Assembly: GCA_030432855.1 (NCBI GenBank)
Contig: JAUILM010000001.1
Location: forward strand, 1-31,978
Direction of reading: 5' to 3'
From: Bacteroidia bacterium
Lineage (GTDB): Bacteria > Bacteroidota > Bacteroidia > Chitinophagales > Saprospiraceae
Length of the DNA: 31,978 bases
Part shown: positions 26,725-31,978 of the stretch, in pieces
Position numbering within the stretch: position 1 is the stretch's first letter
Layout of the letters: each line of letters begins with the position of its first letter
Notes under the pieces: model-generated
The model's database searches: none
What the model was told of the DNA's origin: nothing
The model's input: the letters and a program-made list of their open reading frames with translations, nothing else
Made by a program: the position numbers and the translations under genes

Positions 26725-28296
26725 ATGACCCCCAAAGGAATAGACCCATTGCCCATTCAGAGGTGGACAAATAAGCATCAAAATTTCACACATGATTTGG
26801 TGCAAGATGCTTCCTTCAAGCTCTATAATCCTCCAGGCGACAAGTATAGAGACCGCTACCATGCAACTACCAAAAACTTTCAATGGCTAATAGATCATGC
26901 TACTACCCATCATCTTAAGTTACGTGCGATGGGGAGTGGCTGGTCCTTTAATAAGGTGGGAGTGACAGAAGGTGGCCTGATTGATACTGCGTCACTGAAT
27001 TTTTCATTTCCTATTACCACCAAATACACCAGTAACCGTTATGCGAAGAATCCAGAAGATCTTTACTTTTTACAGTGCGGGACCATTATCCATGAGCTCA
27101 ATACTCGCTTATCAGCCAAGAGGCCGCAACGGTCCATCAAAGCTTCCGGAGCCAGTAATGGTCAAACTATCGCTGGCGCTCTATCGACAGGAACCCATGG
27201 AGCGGCATTTAAAGTAGGTGCAATTCAGGATTTTGTGGTTGGCCTGCATGTGATTACAGGAGCAAATACACATATCTGGCTGGAGCGGGCCAGTTATCCT
27301 GTTGCATCACAGGATTTTGTGGATTGGCTGGATGCAGATTTAATCCGCGATGATGCTTTATTTGATGCGATGGTGGTAAGCTTTGGAAGTTTTGGATTTA
27401 TTCATGGAGTCATGATTGAAACTGAACCTCAGTTTTTACTAACTGAACATCGAGTAGGGCCAATGCTATACGATGATGCGTTCAAAGAAGCTATGCGGAC
27501 GCTGGATTTCTCAAGCCTCAATCTTCCGGGAACAGGCCAAAATGGCGAACTCTATCATTTTGAAATCTTAATTAATGTCCACGATTTCCAGGCAGATAAT
27601 CTCGATAAGGGAGCGTTTGTGAAATATATGTTCAAAAAGCCCTATGAAGAATCCCATACACCCCTCCAGCGAAATAATGACTTTACTTATGGAGATGACC
27701 TGCTAGGTATTATTTCGACAGTCTTGGATAAATTACCGGGTTCCGGCATGATTATACCAGGCCTTGTGAAGATCATGTTTGGTCTTGCATTTAAACCCCA
27801 ACCACCACAGATCGGGACAATTCGAGAAATATTTAACTATACCAAATTTCGGGGTAAGGTGGCAAGTGCGGCCATGGCTATCGATGTGCGTGATTCTCCC
27901 AAAGCAGTAGATCTCATTGTCGACATAAATAAAAACAGACCCTTTCCGGGAGGTCTTTCCCTCAGGTATGTCAAAGGGACCCGGGCGACACTGGGATTTA
28001 CCAAATTTCCAAATACATGCGTACTGGAAATGGACGGTGCGGATGGAGGTACAGCACGGAATTTCTTTAGGGATGTTTGGAACAGATTCGAACAGGAAAA
28101 TATTCCCTACACTCTTCATTGGGGTAAGATCAATTTTAATCTAAATTCATCAAGAATCAAGAAAATGTATGGCGACCATGCTGTTAAGTCCTGGATAGAT
28201 GCACGAAATCAATTGCTGGACCAATCGGCATTACCCATATTCAACAACGAGTTTATCACGAATTGTGGTTTGGACCAGGTACGTACCATTGTTTAG
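26725..28296 (+). CDS. FAD-linked oxidoreductase, VAO/PCMH superfamily (aldonolactone-oxidase-like)
   Basis: LRAMGSGWSF, GASNGQTIAGALSTGTHG, VVGLHVITG, SFGSFGFIHGV, C-terminal LHWGK motif; no signal peptide; 9 nt after the lipoprotein gene. Confidence 0.88.
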   Translation: MTPKGIDPLPIQRWTNKHQNFTHDLVQDASFKLYNPPGDKYRDRYHATTKNFQWLIDHATTHHLKLRAMGSGWSFNKVGVTEGGLIDTASLNFSFPITTKYTSNRYAKNPEDLYFLQCGTIIHELNTRLSAKRPQRSIKASGASNGQTIAGALSTGTHGAAFKVGAIQDFVVGLHVITGANTHIWLERASYPVASQDFVDWLDADLIRDDALFDAMVVSFGSFGFIHGVMIETEPQFLLTEHRVGPMLYDDAFKEAMRTLDFSSLNLPGTGQNGELYHFEILINVHDFQADNLDKGAFVKYMFKKPYEESHTPLQRNNDFTYGDDLLGIISTVLDKLPGSGMIIPGLVKIMFGLAFKPQPPQIGTIREIFNYTKFRGKVASAAMAIDVRDSPKAVDLIVDINKNRPFPGGLSLRYVKGTRATLGFTKFPNTCVLEMDGADGGTARNFFRDVWNRFEQENIPYTLHWGKINFNLNSSRIKKMYGDHAVKSWIDARNQLLDQSALPIFNNEFITNCGLDQVRTIV

Positions 28297-28321
28297 GTGA
28301 CCTATTTTGGTGTATTGAATG

Positions 28322-28430
28322 CCCGATATCGGGATTTGTTTGATAGAGTCTATCAATCAGTGCCCCGTATCGTATCAAATGGGAGCATAACCAGTCTTCA
28401 GTGGATACCTAATTTCTTAGAGCCACTGAA
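28322..28430. other. Cluster of short perfect palindromes in a convergent intergenic gap
   Basis: cccgat|atcggg (28322-28333); ttgataga-g-tctatcaa (28340-28356); ttcagtgg (28397-28404)/ccactgaa (28423-28430). Confidence 0.5.
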
Positions 28431-28443
28431 TTTGGCTAAGAGC

Positions 28444-29318
28444 CTAATTGTTATGAATCCATTTTCTTTGGACCAACCAGTTTGTAAAGTCAGCTGTCCA
28501 ATGATCAGAGGTGGTTCCCTTTTTGGACATACCAAATCCGTGGTCTCCATTTTCATAGATATGCAGCTCGGTGGGGTGGCCTTTATCTACCCATTCTTCA
28601 TATAGATCAATACTGTGTGGCACAAATTTTAATCCATCATCACTGGCTACGGCAATGAACATCGGCGTCGAAGAATCTGGATAGTCAGTTCCTATGACGG
28701 CAGGCTTATAAAGGTAGATGGGGGCGACCAGGGAGGGCTTGATATCTTCTGGGGCCGATAGCAGGACAGACATCGTGAGCGTGGCTCCGGCTGAAAAACC
28801 CATCATGCCAATCTTATTGATGTCCAAGGACTCTTCTGCCGCCATCTCATGCATGAGCTTTAAAGCTCGGATACCATCCAAAGTAGCCAGTTCGACGGTA
28901 GGGGTATTAATGCTGTCCAATGTTTGGAAATCGCTCATCAGTGGCATCAGCTGACCAATAGGATCATCTCCATAAGTCCTGGATAGTCGGTACTTGAGGA
29001 CAAAGGCATCAATGCCTAACTCGTTAAGGAATTTGGCACCAGCACCCCTTCATTATCCATGGATAGTATGTGAAAAGCACCTCCGGGTGCTACCAATACA
29101 GCCGCACCTGTACGGATGTCTTCATTAGCCTTGAATACAGTGATAGTTGGCTGCGTCACATTATATACCAATTGGTGTCCGGGTGCGGGTTCGATCGATC
29201 CTTCCTCCCAGGTCCATTTTTCTGATCCTGGGGCTATTCCATCGTACAGCTCAATGACTTGCTGAGCATGTGCGAGGTTTGCGATTAGAAGGGATACCAT
29301 GACAATAAAAGACTTCAT
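28444..29318 (-). pseudogene. Secreted alpha/beta-hydrolase (carbohydrate/BD-FAE-like esterase) split by a single-base frameshift near 29037
   Basis: Signal peptide, AVLVAPGGAF, then EGVLV | AKFLNELGIDAFVLKYRL is restored by adding one base (GTG CTG GT- GCC AAA); triad intact: GFSAG, ASDDG, DHGFG. Real pseudogene or sequencing error. Confidence 0.88.
28502..28641. repeat. 140-bp direct repeat, copy 2
   Basis: 133/140 identical to 25785-25924. Confidence 0.92.
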
Positions 29319-30562
29319 AATGAGGCACTTTTTTGATTTAAGGTAGCCTTGTCAAAACCTGCTACTTGTTTGTATCTCGACATCACCTGATCAATTTCAC
29401 TATGGGGCACTTCAGCATCCGTAAATCCCTCTGGAAATCGATCTTCCATCAGATCTAAAATGGCGTCGGGCCCCTTTTTCCTGTTTTGCAACACAATCTT
29501 GCTAGTGGCAGGCACTCGCACCTTATCATAGTGAGACAAGGCCTCCGGAATAGTGTCATAATCATTGAGCGCTTTTGTTAAGGCGGCTGCATCCAGGATA
29601 GCTTGTGATGCTCCATTCGAACCTATGGGATACATGGGATGGGCAGCATCGCCAAGTAGCGTCATATGACCGAATGTCCAGGTCTCAAGAGGATCTCGGT
29701 CAGACATGGGGAATTCATAAATAGCGTTCGACTCCTCGATCATTTGAAATACATCCAGCCAATCATATCGCCAGTTTTTATATTTATCGAGCAAGAGGTT
29801 TTTGCTTACCTCTCGGTTCCAGTCTCTCACCGTTAGTCGATTTTCTCCTTCCTCCTTCAAATTGGCCACCCAGTTAATGAGTTGCAGCCCTGTATCGGGA
29901 TCGACATGCCCAATGGGATAAACCACCATTTTTTGGAGATTGGATCCGATCATTGCCATCGAGGAGCCGTTAAGAAAGGGTTTCATTATAGTAGTCCCCC
30001 GATATAATACATTTCCTGAATACACTACGGGACCTTCATCGGGATAGCATTGCTGTCGACTCACTGAATTGATACCATCGGCACCCACGAAGATATCACT
30101 GGAGACTTCGAGAAGCAACTCATTTGTCCTTCTATCCACAAACTTGGATTGTATGCTGTCTCCTGCCTGATGAAATGACTGCAAGTGGTGTCCGGTATGA
30201 AGATGTTGAGACCCTATGCGTTCGATACATGTATTGTATAGAAGTTCCTGAAAATAGCCTCGGTGAATCGAGAACTGAGGCCACTTATACCCCGCGTAAA
30301 TTCCCCTTTTGTCACTGAGAAACTGCTGTCCAAACCGGTTGGCATAGACAAGATCTGAAGTCTTGATAGCCATTTTTTCAAGTGCCAGTAGAAGATCGAG
30401 ATAGTCCAGAACTCTCACTGCATGTGGTAGAAGATTTATACCCACACCCAGTGGTTTTATTTCTTCTACGGATTCATAAACATCTACCGGGTAGTGGTTC
30501 TTATGCAAGCATAGGGCAGTAACCAAGCCACCTATACCCCCACCTGCGATCGTTATTTTCAT
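29315..30562 (-). CDS. Group A flavin-dependent monooxygenase, PhzS-like (PRK07538-type)
   Basis: IAGGGIGG (FAD), IKPLGVGINLLP, PQFSIHRG, GADGINS, DRDPLETW, LLGDAAHPMYPIGSNGASQAILDA; stop overlaps the esterase ATG by 4 nt. Confidence 0.9.
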   Translation of the reverse strand: MKITIAGGGIGGLVTALCLHKNHYPVDVYESVEEIKPLGVGINLLPHAVRVLDYLDLLLALEKMAIKTSDLVYANRFGQQFLSDKRGIYAGYKWPQFSIHRGYFQELLYNTCIERIGSQHLHTGHHLQSFHQAGDSIQSKFVDRRTNELLLEVSSDIFVGADGINSVSRQQCYPDEGPVVYSGNVLYRGTTIMKPFLNGSSMAMIGSNLQKMVVYPIGHVDPDTGLQLINWVANLKEEGENRLTVRDWNREVSKNLLLDKYKNWRYDWLDVFQMIEESNAIYEFPMSDRDPLETWTFGHMTLLGDAAHPMYPIGSNGASQAILDAAALTKALNDYDTIPEALSHYDKVRVPATSKIVLQNRKKGPDAILDLMEDRFPEGFTDAEVPHSEIDQVMSRYKQVAGFDKATLNQKSASL

Positions 30563-30728
30563 GATGTACTGTGTTTTGCCTTACAGGAAAATACCGGCAT
30601 AGCATTTGCCCATCACAGAAGATACTAACCCAATCACATGTAGCCAAATGACAGGTCCCAGGTGTATTGATATACTCGATCTTGAAATGCTGAATTCCGC
30701 TAATACATCAGCTAGTGAGATTTATCGA

Positions 30729-31976
30729 TCATAAACTCCTCGTCATCTCTTCACTAGGTTTATAGCCAATCCTATGTGCTATGACTTTTATGCTACTTCC
30801 TTCGGGCACCGTGAATGCTTCATTATATACTTCCCATGAAGTGGGTTCAGGGGAACCTTCTATGAGGATCTTGTATCCGATGGAAGCCCCCTCGGTATCA
30901 GTCTGAATATTCACTTTGCCCTCTGTCACTGAAATCTCTGGATCAGCCGTAGTGGGTTGAATTTTCCCCGGCCAAAGCGAAAGCAAGAGTTCTTCCTCAT
31001 CCTTGAGTCCTGTGTCATCTATGGATACAAGCCATTCATCAAGGGCGTCACTTAACTCCTGAATCTTGTCTGCATGTTGGGGATCCGTAGAAAGATCATG
31101 CACTTCGTGAGGATCGGCTTCCGTGTCAAAAAATTCGAATTCTGGCTTGGTAGGGCGAAACCATAGCTTCTGTGCATCCGTGAGGGAGTCCTTATCCCGC
31201 AGACGATACAGTTCCTGCATAATGTCCATCTGGTTGCGATAGGCCACCTCCAGAAACATCGGTTTCTCTTGCATGTAGTATCTAATGTATTTGTATCGTT
31301 TGTCACGAGCGGCACGTACCCGATCGGTTACCTTATCAAATCGGTCGGCAGCAGCAAAAATGTAGCTCCTCAAGGTTGATGGTCGATGCTCTCCTATAAA
31401 ATCATAACCGTCCATATAGGCTTTAGGTGTGACGCCGGTGAGTGAAAGCGTGGTGGGAGCCAGGTCAATAAAGTCGATCAGATCATCATTGCGGGTACCT
31501 GCCAGTTGCTTATTGGGAAATCGAATGATCATCGGTACCTTAAGGCCGGAGTCGTAGAGCAATCGTTTTTGACGAGGCAGAGGACCTCCATGATCAGAAT
31601 ACCAGAATACGATTGTGTTCTCCAGTTCGCCATCCTCCTCAAGTTGCTGTAGCACTTCACCGACCTGATGATCCATCTCTTTTATGTTTGAGTACATCCT
31701 TCTGATATCTTTCAGGCCTGTGGCTGTCCCGGGCAGATAGGGCGGAACGGGTACTTCAAGATTTTCATCAACCCACAATGAATCATCTGTCTTTGCCCAG
31801 ATGCGCGATTCATGGGTCACAAACTGATTGAAGATGTGAAAGAAAGGCTGGCCTTCTTCACGGTTTCTCCAATGTGCCTGCGCACTACTTTCATCCCAGG
31901 CGGTTGGTGTCTTATTAAATTGATAGTCTTCCTTACTATTGTTAGTGCAGTAGTATCCATTTAATCTTAACCATTC
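30729..31976 (-). CDS. Sulfatase (S1, SGSH/N-sulfoglucosamine-sulfohydrolase-like) with C-terminal FN3/chitobiase-like domain; 5'-partial
   Basis: Frame open to the window edge: EWLRLNGYYCTNNSKEDY..AWDESS..HWRNR..QPFF..THES; MDHQVGEVL, IVFWYSDHGG, RQKRLLYDSG.KVPMI, DFIDLAPT.LSL, RAARDKRYKYIR, EFFDTEADPHEVHDL. The catalytic CxPxR lies upstream, outside the window. Confidence 0.92.
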   Translation of the reverse strand, partial: EWLRLNGYYCTNNSKEDYQFNKTPTAWDESSAQAHWRNREEGQPFFHIFNQFVTHESRIWAKTDDSLWVDENLEVPVPPYLPGTATGLKDIRRMYSNIKEMDHQVGEVLQQLEEDGELENTIVFWYSDHGGPLPRQKRLLYDSGLKVPMIIRFPNKQLAGTRNDDLIDFIDLAPTTLSLTGVTPKAYMDGYDFIGEHRPSTLRSYIFAAADRFDKVTDRVRAARDKRYKYIRYYMQEKPMFLEVAYRNQMDIMQELYRLRDKDSLTDAQKLWFRPTKPEFEFFDTEADPHEVHDLSTDPQHADKIQELSDALDEWLVSIDDTGLKDEEELLLSLWPGKIQPTTADPEISVTEGKVNIQTDTEGASIGYKILIEGSPEPTSWEVYNEAFTVPEGSSIKVIAHRIGYKPSEEMTRSL

Positions 31977-31978
31977 AC

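Noticed and set aside
26290-28443. Integron gene cassette interpretation of the lipoprotein/oxidase pair
   Set aside because: No RYYYAAC..GTTRRRY-bounded attC-like site or integrase seen.
25762-28605. Plus-strand ORFs 25762..26037 and 28297..28605
   Set aside because: Antisense to the esterase and its remnant; explained by the duplicated esterase sequence.
29025-29050. Programmed ribosomal frameshift or phase variation in the esterase
   Set aside because: No slippery heptamer, homopolymer or simple repeat at the lesion.
29315-30562. Calling the monooxygenase phzS / a phenazine biosynthesis locus
   Set aside because: Motif similarity only; no phzA-G or phzM in the window, and the family is broad.
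1-31978. CRISPR array, tRNA/rRNA, IS transposase, prophage or defence genes
   Set aside because: No regularly spaced repeats, RNA-gene signatures or matching protein motifs were seen.

Overview
Bacteroidota-like genomic window (T9SS C-terminal domain, SPII lipoproteins, TAnnTTTG-type promoter). No rRNA, tRNA, CRISPR array or transposase/integrase was seen. Left to right: (1) a 5'-truncated TonB-dependent transducer (STN-like N-terminus) followed by a T9SS-sorted beta-helix protein instead of SusD, then a 20-bp hairpin; (2) an AT-rich ~2.9 kb stretch with orphan ORFs and a decayed transglutaminase/discoidin-type gene fragment; (3) a three-gene unit of an SGNH-fold lipoprotein lacking the catalytic Ser, a Planctomycete/Verrucomicrobia (PVC)-type membrane-bound dehydrogenase with HEAT repeats and a CxxCH heme domain, and a GH43; (4) a nested inverted-repeat element, then a Tat-signal DUF1501 protein coupled to two tandem di-heme PSCyt1-DUF1549-LamG-DUF1553 lipoproteins that have identical 3' ends but divergent lectin-like middles; (5) a beta-propeller plus helical-barrel protein of unknown function, small proteins including an uncalled 42-aa membrane peptide, and an outer-membrane barrel; (6) a Bor-like lipoprotein/FAD-oxidase cassette bracketed by a 140-bp 95%-identical direct repeat from an esterase gene; (7) a minus-strand sulfatase, PhzS-like flavin monooxygenase and frameshifted esterase. 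The best candidate for an undescribed system is the heme-c-rich DUF1501/PSD1 plus PVC-dehydrogenase cluster next to glycan-active genes. All family assignments come from motif recognition by eye, not from database searches.
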